64,000 bases of DNA. It comes from Candidatus Latescibacterota bacterium. Its GTDB lineage: Bacteria; Krumholzibacteriota; Krumholzibacteriia; WVZY01; JAKEHA01. Positions 1 through 10,055 of this stretch are shown here, piece by piece. The stretch is taken from the NCBI GenBank assembly GCA_963707635.1, contig OY970173.1:640001-704000 (forward strand), in the 5' to 3' direction. The translations under genes and the position numbers were made by a program. Numbering within the stretch: the first letter of the stretch is position 1; each line of letters starts with the position of its first letter. Below the pieces are notes generated by a model. The model was not told the origin of the DNA. It worked only from the letters and a program-made list of their open reading frames with translations, and ran no database searches.

Positions 1-70
1 TGAACCACATGACGCCGGTCATGAACGCGGTGCCGACGATCCCCGCTGCGACGACGATCAGTGGAAACAT
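1..70 (-). CDS. 5' end of a hydrophobic/membrane protein, running off the window edge
   Basis: GGAGG then ATG at 70; reads MFPLIVVAAGIVGTAFMTGVMWF, open to the window edge. Confidence 0.55.
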   Translation of the reverse strand, partial: MFPLIVVAAGIVGTAFMTGVMWF

Positions 71-190
71 GGTGCAGCCTCCATGGGTTGATTCGAAGAT
101 AGCCCTCCGGGCGCGCCGCGTAAAGGGCGAGGTTTTTTCCTTCTCTGCGCGAGGCCCTTTTCGCCGCCCGCGAACTGTGTCATCCTGACC

Positions 191-958
191 ATGATGAGTC
201 GCGTTCCCATCTGGTTGCTCCACCGTCCCATTGCGCACCGCGGGCTCCACGACGCGTCGAAGGGTGTCGCCGAAAACTCGCTTCCCGCGTTCTGGGCGTC
301 GGCGCGCGCGGGTTATCCCGCCGAGCTCGACGTGCGCCTGCTCGCGGACGGCGAGGTGGTGGTGTTGCACGACCGCGACCTCGATCGCGCCACCGGCGCG
401 AGTGGTCCCGTCTCCGCACGCACGACTGCGGACCTGGCGGGTGTCTTCCTGGAAGGCATGGATGGATCGGCCGACGCTCGCGTGCCGCTCTTGCGCGACG
501 TGCTGAATCTCGTCGCCGGGTCCACGCCGCTCCTGATCGAGATCAAGAACGAGGGCGAGGTCGGCCGCATCGAGCCGGCGGTGGCCGCCGCCCTGCTCGG
601 GTATCGCGGAGCGTTCGCCATCCAGTCGTTCCACCCGGGTACGGTGCGGTGGTGGAGGGAGCACGTGCCCGACGTGGTGCGCGGTCTCCTCTCCGGCGAC
701 TTTCGCGACGAGCCGATGGACGCCGCCGCGAAACTCCGCCTGCAGAACCTCGAGTCCATCGGCCAGTGCGAGCCCGATTTCATCGGCTATGACATCCGGC
801 TGCTGCCCTTCGAGCCGGTGGCGCGCGAACGGGCCGCGGGCCGGCCGGTGCTGGGGTGGACGGCGCGTTCGCTGGAGGATGGGCAGCGCGCACTCGCCCA
901 CTGCGACAACATCATCTTCGAAGGGTTCGATCCCACCGCGCTTGGGAGCCACGCGTGA
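191..958 (+). CDS. glycerophosphodiester phosphodiesterase (GDPD family)
   Basis: IAHRGLH, ENS, ELDV, HD and IEIK motifs. Confidence 0.9.
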   Translation: MMSRVPIWLLHRPIAHRGLHDASKGVAENSLPAFWASARAGYPAELDVRLLADGEVVVLHDRDLDRATGASGPVSARTTADLAGVFLEGMDGSADARVPLLRDVLNLVAGSTPLLIEIKNEGEVGRIEPAVAAALLGYRGAFAIQSFHPGTVRWWREHVPDVVRGLLSGDFRDEPMDAAAKLRLQNLESIGQCEPDFIGYDIRLLPFEPVARERAAGRPVLGWTARSLEDGQRALAHCDNIIFEGFDPTALGSHA

Positions 959-2232
959 ATCCGCGCGTCACACGCATCCTCGTCACCACGACGACGGCGC
1001 TCGCCCTGTGGATGGGCGCCTGCTCGCGCGAGTCGAAACCGCCCAACCTGGTATTGGTCACCGTCGACACGCTGCGGCCCGACCATCTCGGGTACGCGGG
1101 CTACGCGCGCCGCACCAGCCCCGCGATCGACCGGCTCGCGAGCGCGGGTGTCGTCTTCACCCACGCCACCAGCGTGGCCGGGTGGACGCTGCCGTCGATG
1201 GCGACGATCTTCAACGGCCACTACCCGAAGGATCACGGGGCGACCGATTTTCATTGGTCGATCGACGCGTCGCTGCCGTCGCTCACATCGATTCTGCGCA
1301 AGCACGGCTACGACACCTACGGTTTCGTGAGCCACATCATGCTCACCCCGACGTACGGCATGGGCGACGGCTTCGGGCATTTTGACTTTTCCGTGCTCAA
1401 CGTCGGGCACCCGCACGAAATCGAAACCTCGCAGAAGCTGACCGAGATCGCGCGCAGCGGCGTGCGCGGAATGAAGGAACCGTACTTCGTCTGGGTGCAC
1501 TACTTCGACCCGCACTTCGAGTACCTGGAGCACCCGCAGTACCCGTTCGGCGCGGCCGACATCGATCGCTACGACGCGGAGATCGCGTACACCGACTACT
1601 ACATCGACGACCTGCTCAAGGTGGTCGATCGCAAGAATACCGTTGTCGTGTTCACCTCGGACCACGGCGAGGAATTCGGCGAGCACGGAGGAAAATACCA
1701 CTACACGCTGCACGGCGAGGTGATGCGCGTGCCGCTGGTGATCAAGGCGCCCGGGCTCGCGCATCGGGAGGAACCGGCGCCGGCGGAGCAGATCGACCTC
1801 CTGCCGACGATCCTCAAGCTGCTCGCGATCGATCCTCCCGCCGGACTTCCCGGGCGCGACCTCTTCGCTCCCGCGGACCCGCGCCGTCCGATCTTCATGG
1901 AAAGAGACCGGCCCCCGCAGTGGCGCCAGCGCGGCGTCGTGCGCGGCGCCCACAAGCTGGTCGTCGTCGAAGAGGCGGACACGACACTGGTGCCGGCCAC
2001 GAGCCGGAACGAAGAGGTCCCCGTGACGTGGGTGAAGCCGGGGATGTACCTCTACGACCTCGAGCGCGATCCCGGTGAGACGACGAACCTCTTCTCCACG
2101 GACGACTCGACGTCGCTTTCCTTGCTGGGACTCTTGACCTCTCACTTCGCGACCGCGGCGGCGCGCAAGCAGCCAGTCGAGCTGGACGAGGACCTGCTCC
2201 GGAAGCTCAAGAGCCTGGGCTACATCAACTGA
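955..2232 (+). CDS. sulfatase-like (alkaline phosphatase superfamily) lipoprotein
   Basis: GTG start overlaps the upstream TGA; lipobox MGAC; NLVLVTVDTLRPDH, WTLPS, HYFDPH and SDHGE motifs; C-terminal LKSLGYI. Confidence 0.85.
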   Translation: MNPRVTRILVTTTTALALWMGACSRESKPPNLVLVTVDTLRPDHLGYAGYARRTSPAIDRLASAGVVFTHATSVAGWTLPSMATIFNGHYPKDHGATDFHWSIDASLPSLTSILRKHGYDTYGFVSHIMLTPTYGMGDGFGHFDFSVLNVGHPHEIETSQKLTEIARSGVRGMKEPYFVWVHYFDPHFEYLEHPQYPFGAADIDRYDAEIAYTDYYIDDLLKVVDRKNTVVVFTSDHGEEFGEHGGKYHYTLHGEVMRVPLVIKAPGLAHREEPAPAEQIDLLPTILKLLAIDPPAGLPGRDLFAPADPRRPIFMERDRPPQWRQRGVVRGAHKLVVVEEADTTLVPATSRNEEVPVTWVKPGMYLYDLERDPGETTNLFSTDDSTSLSLLGLLTSHFATAAARKQPVELDEDLLRKLKSLGYIN

Positions 2233-2357
2233 TCGCACTCGGCGTCCCGGCGCACGAGGGGAGGGCTCCCGCTCGCGGGATACCCGGCGTGCGCCATGAC
2301 CTCCGAGGTTGCGAACGTTGTGTTATCATCGGCTCGACCGCGAGGAGGCCCCTGTCC

Positions 2358-3269
2358 ATGCGCTACGAATTCTGGACCGCCGATGTCTTCACCGACCGCG
2401 TCTTCGGAGGCAATCCGCTCGCCGTCGTTCCCGACGCCGGCGGCCTCAAGCCCGAGCAGATGCAGCTGATCGCGCGGGAGTTCAATCTTTCCGAAACCAG
2501 CTTCGTGCTTCCCCCGGAGTCCGGCGACCACGACTTCCGGGTGCGCATCTTTACGCCCGCGCGCGAGCTTCCATTCGCGGGACACCCGACCGTCGGCACC
2601 GCGTGCGTGCTGGCGGCGGCCGGGCGTGTGAAGCTGGAGCACGGCGAAGGGAAAGTAGTGCTCGGCGAGGGCGTGGGTGCGGTGCCGGTTTCCATCCACG
2701 GAGGCGGCGACAAGCCGTACTTCGCGCAGCTCACGACGGCGAAACTCCCGCAGTGGGGGGCGAGCCCACCGCCGTCCGAGATGCTCGCCGCGGTGCTCTC
2801 GCTCGAACCGACCAACGTGCTCGACGACGCTCGCGACGAGCCGCAGGCCATTTCGTGCGGGGTCCCGTTCATGTTCGTGCCGCTCGCGTCGCTCGAGGCG
2901 GTGCGCCGCGCGCGCCTCAACTGGGAGGGGTGGAATCAGTATCTTTCGTCCCACTGGGCACCCCAGGTCTTTCTGTTCGCGTTCGAGGCGGAAACCCGCG
3001 GGGTCACCGCCCACGCCCGCATGTTCTCGCCGTGGGCCGGGGTCGACGAGGACCCCGCCACCGGCTCGGCCGCGGCGGCCTTCGCGGGCTATCTCGTCCG
3101 CCGGGAACGTCCCGCCGACGGGACCGCGCGGTGGATGATCGAGCAGGGCTTCGAAATGGGGCGCCCCAGCTTCATCCAGATCGAGGCGGACGTGACCGAC
3201 GGCAAGCCGCAATCGGTTCGCGTGGGCGGGCAGACGGTCCTGGTCACCCGAGGCCACATCGACGTATAG
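2358..3269 (+). CDS. PhzF family isomerase/epimerase
   Basis: DVFT..FGGNPLAV, NLSETSF, ELPFAGHPT and EDPATGSA motifs; GGAGG RBS. Confidence 0.92.
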   Translation: MRYEFWTADVFTDRVFGGNPLAVVPDAGGLKPEQMQLIAREFNLSETSFVLPPESGDHDFRVRIFTPARELPFAGHPTVGTACVLAAAGRVKLEHGEGKVVLGEGVGAVPVSIHGGGDKPYFAQLTTAKLPQWGASPPPSEMLAAVLSLEPTNVLDDARDEPQAISCGVPFMFVPLASLEAVRRARLNWEGWNQYLSSHWAPQVFLFAFEAETRGVTAHARMFSPWAGVDEDPATGSAAAAFAGYLVRRERPADGTARWMIEQGFEMGRPSFIQIEADVTDGKPQSVRVGGQTVLVTRGHIDV

Positions 3270-3285
3270 GCGGGAGGGGAGATCA

Positions 3286-5031
3286 ATGCTTCGCGCATGC
3301 GCGGTCGCGTTCGTGGTAACGGTTGTCGGCTTTGGAACCGCCGGCGCGGTGCCGTTGGTCGCGTCCACCCAGCCCGCGCGCGAACGCGCCGATGTTCCCG
3401 CGACGGCTGCCATTGTGGCGAATTTTTCAGAGCTGATCGATTCGACGACGGTGACGACCGCGTCGTTCCATGTGTACGGGCGTTGGTCGGGCCCCGCCGC
3501 GGGCACGTTCGCTTTCACACCGAACACCGTAACCTTCACGCCGACGCAGCCGTTCTTCGCAGGCGAGCGGGTGACGGTGGTCTTGAGCAAGACGATCCAG
3601 AATACCTCGGGCGCGCCGATGGCAAAGGGCTACGCGTGGTGCTTCTGGATCGAGACCGAAGCGTCGACACTGGACTTGACCTATGTCGGGCGGATCACGT
3701 GCCGGCTCGAGAGCGAGACGGCGGTGGGACCCTACGGCGCGTACGCCGGCGACCTCGACAACGATGGCTGGACCGACCTGCTGGTTCCGTGCGAGGTGCC
3801 CGGCGATGCGCGCGTGTTCATCAACGACGGCGCCGGCGGCTACTCGGGTTTCACAGTCGAGAGCCTTCCCAACGGCAGCGCGCCGAGTCCAAGCGAAGGC
3901 AGCGATCTCAATCTGGACGGCGAGATCGACGTCGTGATCGGCAACGGCACCAACGATCAGGTCACGGTGCTGATCGGCAACGGCGCGGGCAGTTTCACGG
4001 GCAAGACCAGCTACTCGGCGGGAGATAACGTGCGCGGCGTCGGCGTTCTCGACCTGAACGGTGACGGCTACGACGACATCGTGACGGCCAACCGCGTGGG
4101 CGATAACCTCTCGATTCTGCTCAACAACGGAAACGGGACGTTCGGCACGGCGGTGGCGAAGGAGACGGGCGGGAACACCGAGTACGCGATCGCGGTGGGT
4201 GACGCCAACAACGACGGCCTGCTCGACGTGTTCTGCGGGTCGTTCAGCTCGCCGTACCTGGTCATCCTGCTCTTGAGCGACGGGGCCGGGCACCTCAACG
4301 TCCAGACCTCCGTGCCGGCGGGTGGGAGGCCGTGGCAGCTCACGTCCGGAGATTTCAACGGCGACGGCAACGTCGACGTGGCGGCCGCCAACTCGTGGGA
4401 GGACAACATGGGGGTTCTTTATGGCAACGGCGCCGGGGGCTTGAGCCCGGTTGTCGTCTACCCGACCGGGGACTTCCCGCACGCCATCGACGCCGGCGAC
4501 ATCGACGGCGACGGCGACCTCGACCTCGTGACCAGCGACATTGGTTCCGCCACCTGGACCGTGTATGAGAACGAGAACGGAACCTTCATCGATCCGCGCA
4601 CGCTCAACTCGGCGAACGCGGGCTCGTGCGCGGTGCTCCACGACCGCGACAACGACGGCGACCTGGATATCACCGGCGTCGACGAGCTGGACGACTGGAT
4701 CTATTTCTTCGAGAACGTACAGCCGCCGACTCCGGTTCAGCCGGCGCCCGCGCCGGCGGCGACGCTGTTCCAGAATCACCCCAACCCGTTCAACCCGGCC
4801 ACGACGATTCGCTTCGACATCACGCGCACGACCGATGTCGATCTGTCTATCTTCGACGCGCGCGGCGGCTTCGTCGCTACCGTGACACACCGTCGCCACG
4901 ACCCGGGAACGTACACCGCGCGCTGGGGCGGGATCGACGCGCGCGGCGATGTCCAACCGTCGGGCGTCTATTTCTATCGATTGACGGCGGGGGGCGTCAG
5001 CGAGTCGAAGAAGATGGTGCTCTTGAAGTAG
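3286..5031 (+). CDS. secreted Ig-like + FG-GAP/VCBS beta-propeller protein with FlgD-Ig/T9SS-like C-terminal domain
   Basis: Signal peptide; repeated GDxDxDGxxD loops; PNPFNP...SGVYFYRL...KKMVLLK. Confidence 0.88.
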   Translation: MLRACAVAFVVTVVGFGTAGAVPLVASTQPARERADVPATAAIVANFSELIDSTTVTTASFHVYGRWSGPAAGTFAFTPNTVTFTPTQPFFAGERVTVVLSKTIQNTSGAPMAKGYAWCFWIETEASTLDLTYVGRITCRLESETAVGPYGAYAGDLDNDGWTDLLVPCEVPGDARVFINDGAGGYSGFTVESLPNGSAPSPSEGSDLNLDGEIDVVIGNGTNDQVTVLIGNGAGSFTGKTSYSAGDNVRGVGVLDLNGDGYDDIVTANRVGDNLSILLNNGNGTFGTAVAKETGGNTEYAIAVGDANNDGLLDVFCGSFSSPYLVILLLSDGAGHLNVQTSVPAGGRPWQLTSGDFNGDGNVDVAAANSWEDNMGVLYGNGAGGLSPVVVYPTGDFPHAIDAGDIDGDGDLDLVTSDIGSATWTVYENENGTFIDPRTLNSANAGSCAVLHDRDNDGDLDITGVDELDDWIYFFENVQPPTPVQPAPAPAATLFQNHPNPFNPATTIRFDITRTTDVDLSIFDARGGFVATVTHRRHDPGTYTARWGGIDARGDVQPSGVYFYRLTAGGVSESKKMVLLK

Positions 5032-5038
5032 GAAGCGC

Positions 5039-6445
5039 CTACTGAATGTACCCCAGCGACTTGAGCTGCTCCAACCGCTCCGCCTGATCCGCTGCTTCCT
5101 TCAATCGCAGCTTCCGCGTTTCCTCGAACGCCTTGTCGTCGTGCGTGTCCACGTAACGGACCGGGAAGCGCTCGAGCCACGCGGCATCGACGACATCGGT
5201 GAGCACCTTGCCGCGCATGTCGCGGCCGATCGGAACATCCTTGATGGCCAGCAGGGTCGGGAGCACGTCGTAGACGCTGCCGACCGTTGGCAATGCGCCG
5301 GTGGAAAGCGGGAGCGAGAGCGAATCGCCGGGCACCGCGTCGCGGATCATCGGGCCGGCCGCGATGAACACGCCCGGGGGCTCATCGAGGTGGTTGCCCG
5401 AGTTCCAGTTCTCCGGTGAGTCCTCGACCTTGAACTGCTGTTTGGGATTCACGGTGTGAAACCCGTGGTCGGACACGATCATTACGGTTGCGTTCGCGGG
5501 CGCGAGCCGGAGCACGTCGCCGATCACGCGGTCGAGGTGCACGTAGTAGTCGTCGATCACGTGCCCGAACGCGGCCACTTCCTCCGGCGCAGGCGGGAAG
5601 AAGAAATCCTTCGGGTGCGCGTAGCGCCAGAAGCGGTGGCTGGCAACGTCCGGTCCGCCAAGGTAGAACGTGAGAAGGTCGAAGGGCTCCCGCTCCTCGA
5701 GTAACCGCTCGGCCACCCTCGTATACACGGCGTCGGCCCGGAACGCCCACCGCGACTGGTCCCACATGAGCTGCGTGAACGGCGTTTTCGGCGCCTGGAC
5801 GGCCCCGTCGAAGATCGAGCGGGCGAGCGAGTCGAAACCGGCCTCGGCGGCGTCGAGGATGTCCATCACCTCGGTCTGCCGGGCCGCCGGGCTGACCTGA
5901 CCCTCGACCCCGCGGAGCAGGGACCCCTTCCAGAGGGCCCGCTTCGGGTCCACGAGGACGCCGGTGGTGTTGGTCTGGGCCACCATCACGCCGTGGATCG
6001 CCTCGGCGGGGAAGGTCATCCACCACCCGAGCACGTCCACGGTGAGCCCGTAGTCGGAAAGTATGTTCCAGACCGCCTTGGTCGCCCGGTGGCCGCTCGA
6101 ATAGTAGCGGGTGGTGCCAGCTTCGGTGTAAACGAAATGCTTGATGCCGTGCGCGTCGGGCGATTTCCCGGTGGCAATCGTGGTCCACACCACCGGGGAA
6201 TAGGTGGGCGTCATCGTCTCGAGGTATCCGAAGGAGCCCCGCGCCATCAGCGAGGCCAGGTTCGGGAGTCGCCCGGCGTTCAAGAGCGGGGTCGCCACGG
6301 ACCACTCCATGCCGTCGACCGCGAGCAGGATCAACGGGCCGCGCGCAGATGCCGGCACGGCGCGCTCCGGGGCGCGCGAGCACGCGAGCGTGGTCGCGAG
6401 CGCGATGCCCAGTGCGATCGTCGACCGGCGCGTGAGAGTAAGCAT
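5039..6445 (-). CDS. alkaline phosphatase superfamily / nucleotide pyrophosphatase-like lipoprotein
   Basis: Lipobox LAC; LLAVDG, SPVVWTTIATG, PDVASH and SDHGF motifs; C-terminal LKSLGYI; start chosen from the signal peptide. Confidence 0.82.
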   Translation of the reverse strand: MLTLTRRSTIALGIALATTLACSRAPERAVPASARGPLILLAVDGMEWSVATPLLNAGRLPNLASLMARGSFGYLETMTPTYSPVVWTTIATGKSPDAHGIKHFVYTEAGTTRYYSSGHRATKAVWNILSDYGLTVDVLGWWMTFPAEAIHGVMVAQTNTTGVLVDPKRALWKGSLLRGVEGQVSPAARQTEVMDILDAAEAGFDSLARSIFDGAVQAPKTPFTQLMWDQSRWAFRADAVYTRVAERLLEEREPFDLLTFYLGGPDVASHRFWRYAHPKDFFFPPAPEEVAAFGHVIDDYYVHLDRVIGDVLRLAPANATVMIVSDHGFHTVNPKQQFKVEDSPENWNSGNHLDEPPGVFIAAGPMIRDAVPGDSLSLPLSTGALPTVGSVYDVLPTLLAIKDVPIGRDMRGKVLTDVVDAAWLERFPVRYVDTHDDKAFEETRKLRLKEAADQAERLEQLKSLGYIQ

Positions 6446-6565
6446 GCTCACATTGTAAGGCCTGTTCCGGCGCTTGAAAACGCCAACATTCGCGTGGTAT
6501 ACTGATGCACCGTTTTTGCAGCGACCCTGCTGGTCCATGGCGACGCGGTCGGAGGGCTTGGGATT

Positions 6566-7498
6566 TTGACGAGACAACGACCGGGCAGCGTTGGGGTCGT
6601 GCTGGTGTGGATTGCGCTCGCGGCCCCCGCGAGCGCGCAGGTGGATGATCGACTGGAAGCCTACACCGGGCGCAACGCGACCGGCTACATGGCCCCCCTC
6701 GTCGACGGGTTTCGTTCGAATCTGAACTCGGGGCTGTTTCACTCCGCGCGGATTGCCGACGGGTTCAACATCAGCCTCGAGTTCAACGTGACGGTGACGC
6801 TGTTCAGCGAAGAGAGTCGCACCTTCCTGGCGACCACTGAAGGCGGCTTCCAGCCGGAGACCACCGTCCGCGCGCCGACCGTCGTCGGGGATCCCGACGC
6901 GGTCTACGTCGAAGGGGACTCGGCGCTGGTGTTCGCGTTCCCCGGGGGATTCGACGTCGACCACATGTACCTGTCCTGCCCGCAGGTGCGGGTGGGAACC
7001 TGGAAAGGAACCGAGGTCGTCGGGCGGCTGATTCTATACGACACCGGGAGCATCGAGGTGGGGAGGCTGGGGGTCTGGGGCGCCGGGGTGCGGCACAGCG
7101 TGTCGCAGTATTTTCCGAAGCTCGCCCCCGTGGATGTGGCGCTCGCGGCGATGTGGCAGCACGCCGAGCTGCACAACGACGACGACCAGGACGTGCTCGA
7201 CAGCGAGCTGGCCACCGTCGCCGTCCACAGCGGGGTGGCGCTGGGGTCGATGGTCCCGTACGCGGGAGTGTCGATCTCCTGGTACTCGATGGCGATCCGG
7301 TATCGCTTCGATGACATCGACGTCGAGCCCGTCGAGCTCGACTTCAGTTCGAACGCGGACTTGCAGCTGACATTGGGGGTGTCGTATCAGGTGGGCTTCG
7401 TCGCCGCCTATGGTGAGTACAACGTTGCCTCGGAGCACTCCGTGGCGGCGGGACTGTCGATTCAGTTTCCCTTTTCCAACAGGAGCGTGACGCAATGA
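6566..7498 (+). CDS. putative outer-membrane beta-barrel protein (DUF6588-like)
   Basis: Signal peptide; GYMAPLVDGF..NLNSG..HSA N-terminal motif; amphipathic beta-strand pattern in the C-terminal half. Confidence 0.6.
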   Translation: MTRQRPGSVGVVLVWIALAAPASAQVDDRLEAYTGRNATGYMAPLVDGFRSNLNSGLFHSARIADGFNISLEFNVTVTLFSEESRTFLATTEGGFQPETTVRAPTVVGDPDAVYVEGDSALVFAFPGGFDVDHMYLSCPQVRVGTWKGTEVVGRLILYDTGSIEVGRLGVWGAGVRHSVSQYFPKLAPVDVALAAMWQHAELHNDDDQDVLDSELATVAVHSGVALGSMVPYAGVSISWYSMAIRYRFDDIDVEPVELDFSSNADLQLTLGVSYQVGFVAAYGEYNVASEHSVAAGLSIQFPFSNRSVTQ

Positions 7499-8127
7499 AA
7501 CATCACTGCGCGAGACTTCTCGGCATCGCCGCGCTGGGCACCTCGCTCGTTTTGACGCCGGGATGCATGTTCAAGAACAGCGACGTCGTCATCACCGAAA
7601 AGGTCTGCGTGACCCTCGACGAGTACCAGACGACAGGCACGTTCGAGAGCTTCGTCGTGTGCGACCAGTTCAAGACGAAGCTGCTGGAGGCGCTGGCCGA
7701 GAACGGCCTCCAACTGGACGAAGTGAAGCGCATCACCATGAAGGAAGGCACGTTCAAGACCTACGAGGTGAAGCCCCACGACTGGAAGGTCACCGCGGAA
7801 ATCGACATCGCGCGCCAGGACGTTGTGGACGGACCCTACGACGACGGCCCGGAGTCGTTCGTGACCTTCAACCGCCAGTCGCTCAAGAAGCTGATGGGCC
7901 GCCCGCAGGACGCCGACCTCCACCGCCATGGCGTCAAGCTGGTGGATCGCGCGCTCGATTCGCTGCTCGACGGCGAGGATCCGCGCCTGGTCCTGATCAT
8001 CAACAACGAGAGCGTCGTCCCGACTCCGTCGGAAGCGGACCCGATGCAGTTCACGTTCAAGGCCTGCGTGGAATTCCAGATCGTGGTCAAGAAGAAGAAG
8101 CACCACGGACACGGCCCGCACATGTAG
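7495..8127 (+). CDS. hypothetical lipoprotein
   Basis: ATGA overlap with the upstream gene; AGGAG RBS; lipobox-like TPGC; Lys/His-rich tail. Confidence 0.65.
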   Translation: MKHHCARLLGIAALGTSLVLTPGCMFKNSDVVITEKVCVTLDEYQTTGTFESFVVCDQFKTKLLEALAENGLQLDEVKRITMKEGTFKTYEVKPHDWKVTAEIDIARQDVVDGPYDDGPESFVTFNRQSLKKLMGRPQDADLHRHGVKLVDRALDSLLDGEDPRLVLIINNESVVPTPSEADPMQFTFKACVEFQIVVKKKKHHGHGPHM

Positions 8128-8155
8128 AGCGCGACTGATCCGCTCCTCTTCGAAC

Positions 8156-8192
8156 ACAGCCCGGGCCTCGGCGGCCCGGGCTGTTTCGTTTT
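8156..8192 (+). terminator. intrinsic terminator hairpin between convergent genes
   Basis: ACAGCCCGGGCC-N5-GGCCCGGGCTGT followed by TTCGTTTT. Confidence 0.75.
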
Positions 8193-8202
8193 GCGACGCT
8201 TC

Positions 8203-9867
8203 CTACTTGAGCAGGACGAGCTTTCGGGTCATTGCCCCGGCCGGAAACTCGAGGCGCGCGAAGTAGACGCCCGAAGGGGCGCGGCCACCCGCATCGGTCG
8301 TGCCGGACCAGCGCAGCGCGGTCGCTCCCGCGGGCAACACGCCGTCGAACACCGTCGCGACGCGCCGCCCGCCGGCGTCGTGGATCGTGAGCGTCGCGCG
8401 CCCGCCGCGCGGAATCGACGCTTCCAGCGTGGTCGACGGATTGAAGGGATTCGGGAACGCGCGCATCGACGCGGCAGCGAGACCGGCCGGGGACGCGGCG
8501 GTCAGTGGCCACGCGTTCAGCCGGGTCAGGAACGCGTCGTCGGCGCCCGTGCTCGTGAGAGTTCCGCCGCCGAAATCGATCTGGCCGGCGAACTTTCCCG
8601 CCAGCAGCCCGTCGCCGAGGGGGTCCGAGGCGACGGCTTCCACCGACTGTGCCGCCGCGTCGCCGTAGCGTGCGCTCCATTCGCTGGTGCCGGTCGCGGT
8701 GAACTGGGCGATGAACCCGTCCTCGAGGCCGGCGCTGATGAGCGCGCCGGATCCGAAGTCCACCGACCCCCGGAAAAACCCGCCGATGCTGACGCGCTGC
8801 GACGGACCGATCGTGACCGACTTCGCCGCCTGCCCTGCCGCCGCGTCGCCGAAGCGTTTGCTCCACAGATGGTTGCCCGCCGCGTCGAGCTTGGCCAGAA
8901 ATGCGTCGTCTTCGCCGGCGCTGGTGAGCACGCCGCCGCCGAAGTCGATCGCGTTCTTGAACGTTCCCGTGAGGTAGACGTTTCCAAGGGCGTCGGTTGC
9001 CACGGACTGCGCGCTCTGTGCCAACGTCGACCCGAAGCGCTTGCTCCACACATGGGAACCTACAGGATCAAACTTCGCGACAAACACGTCGAGCCCGAGG
9101 CTTGTCAGGTTGGCGCCTCCGAAATTGATGGTCCCCAGGAACTGGCCGACCATGAGCACATTGCCGAACGGGTCCACGGCCACGTCGAGTGCTTCCTGGG
9201 CGCTCGAATTACCGAAGCGCTTGCTCCACAGGTGCGTGCCGTCGGCATTGAACTTGGAGAGAAAGATGTCGTCGAATCCCAACGCGGTCAGCACCCCGCC
9301 GCCCAGGTTGATGCTCCCGCTAAAGTATCCTGCCAGATAGAGGTTAGCCGCGTCGTCGATCGCGACGCTGCTGGCATACTGTCCGTCGCCGTCGCCGAAA
9401 CGTTTGCTCCACAGGTGCGTAAGGCCTGGGTCAAAACACGCGACGAACACGTCGTTGCTGCCCGCGCTGGCGAGTGCGCCCCCGCCGAAATCGACCGATC
9501 CGGAGAAGAAACCCGCGAGGAACGTGCGGCCGTTGCCGGCGATCGCAACGTCGGCGGCGCGCTGGCCCGAGGCGTCGCCGAAACGCTGACTGACCTGGAC
9601 CGTCCCGTTCGGACCCAGCCGGGTAAGAAAGATGTCGGTGCCGCCGGCGCTCGTGAGCGGCCCGTCGCCGAAATCGACGACGCCGGAGAATTCGCCGGTC
9701 ATCACGATGGCGCTGAACGCGTCGATAGCCAGCGCGCGGGCGCTCTGCGACGCGGCGTCGCCGAAACGCTGGCTCCAGATGTGCGCGGGGGCCGCGGCCA
9801 TGGCACCGGCCGCGGACGTGAGCACCCACGCCGCGAAGGAGGCAAGGAGGGGGAAACGACGGTGCAT
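8203..9867 (-). CDS. secreted beta-propeller (SBBP-like repeat) protein with FlgD-Ig/T9SS-like C-terminal domain
   Basis: About 7 repeats of ~61 aa containing HxWSKRFG and DFGGGxLTS; PNPFNP...SGVYFARL...KLVLLK. Confidence 0.85.
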   Translation of the reverse strand: MHRRFPLLASFAAWVLTSAAGAMAAAPAHIWSQRFGDAASQSARALAIDAFSAIVMTGEFSGVVDFGDGPLTSAGGTDIFLTRLGPNGTVQVSQRFGDASGQRAADVAIAGNGRTFLAGFFSGSVDFGGGALASAGSNDVFVACFDPGLTHLWSKRFGDGDGQYASSVAIDDAANLYLAGYFSGSINLGGGVLTALGFDDIFLSKFNADGTHLWSKRFGNSSAQEALDVAVDPFGNVLMVGQFLGTINFGGANLTSLGLDVFVAKFDPVGSHVWSKRFGSTLAQSAQSVATDALGNVYLTGTFKNAIDFGGGVLTSAGEDDAFLAKLDAAGNHLWSKRFGDAAAGQAAKSVTIGPSQRVSIGGFFRGSVDFGSGALISAGLEDGFIAQFTATGTSEWSARYGDAAAQSVEAVASDPLGDGLLAGKFAGQIDFGGGTLTSTGADDAFLTRLNAWPLTAASPAGLAAASMRAFPNPFNPSTTLEASIPRGGRATLTIHDAGGRRVATVFDGVLPAGATALRWSGTTDAGGRAPSGVYFARLEFPAGAMTRKLVLLK

Positions 9868-10055
9868 GGTCTGGGTCCGAACGATAGCGCGCCGGAAGCG
9901 GCACCGGGAAAGTATAGCAGAGTAGGGCGGTCCGCGCGATGAGGACGCCCCGAACCGGATCTCCGCCACCGGTTCGGCAGCGATGCACCCTCGAAGTTGG
10001 TGCCCGTGTCGTGGTTCTGCTAGACTTCGTCTGCCGCAACAAGGAGCTTCTAATC

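Noticed and set aside
2249..2295. Hairpin GGCGCACG...CGTGCGCC as a member of the thrC repeat family
   Set aside because: Lacks the diagnostic terminal sequences; probably a local stem-loop
9952..9980. CCGAACCGG...CCGGTTCGG inverted repeat as an operator or attenuator
   Set aside because: Single occurrence, no adjacent regulator, and no further support
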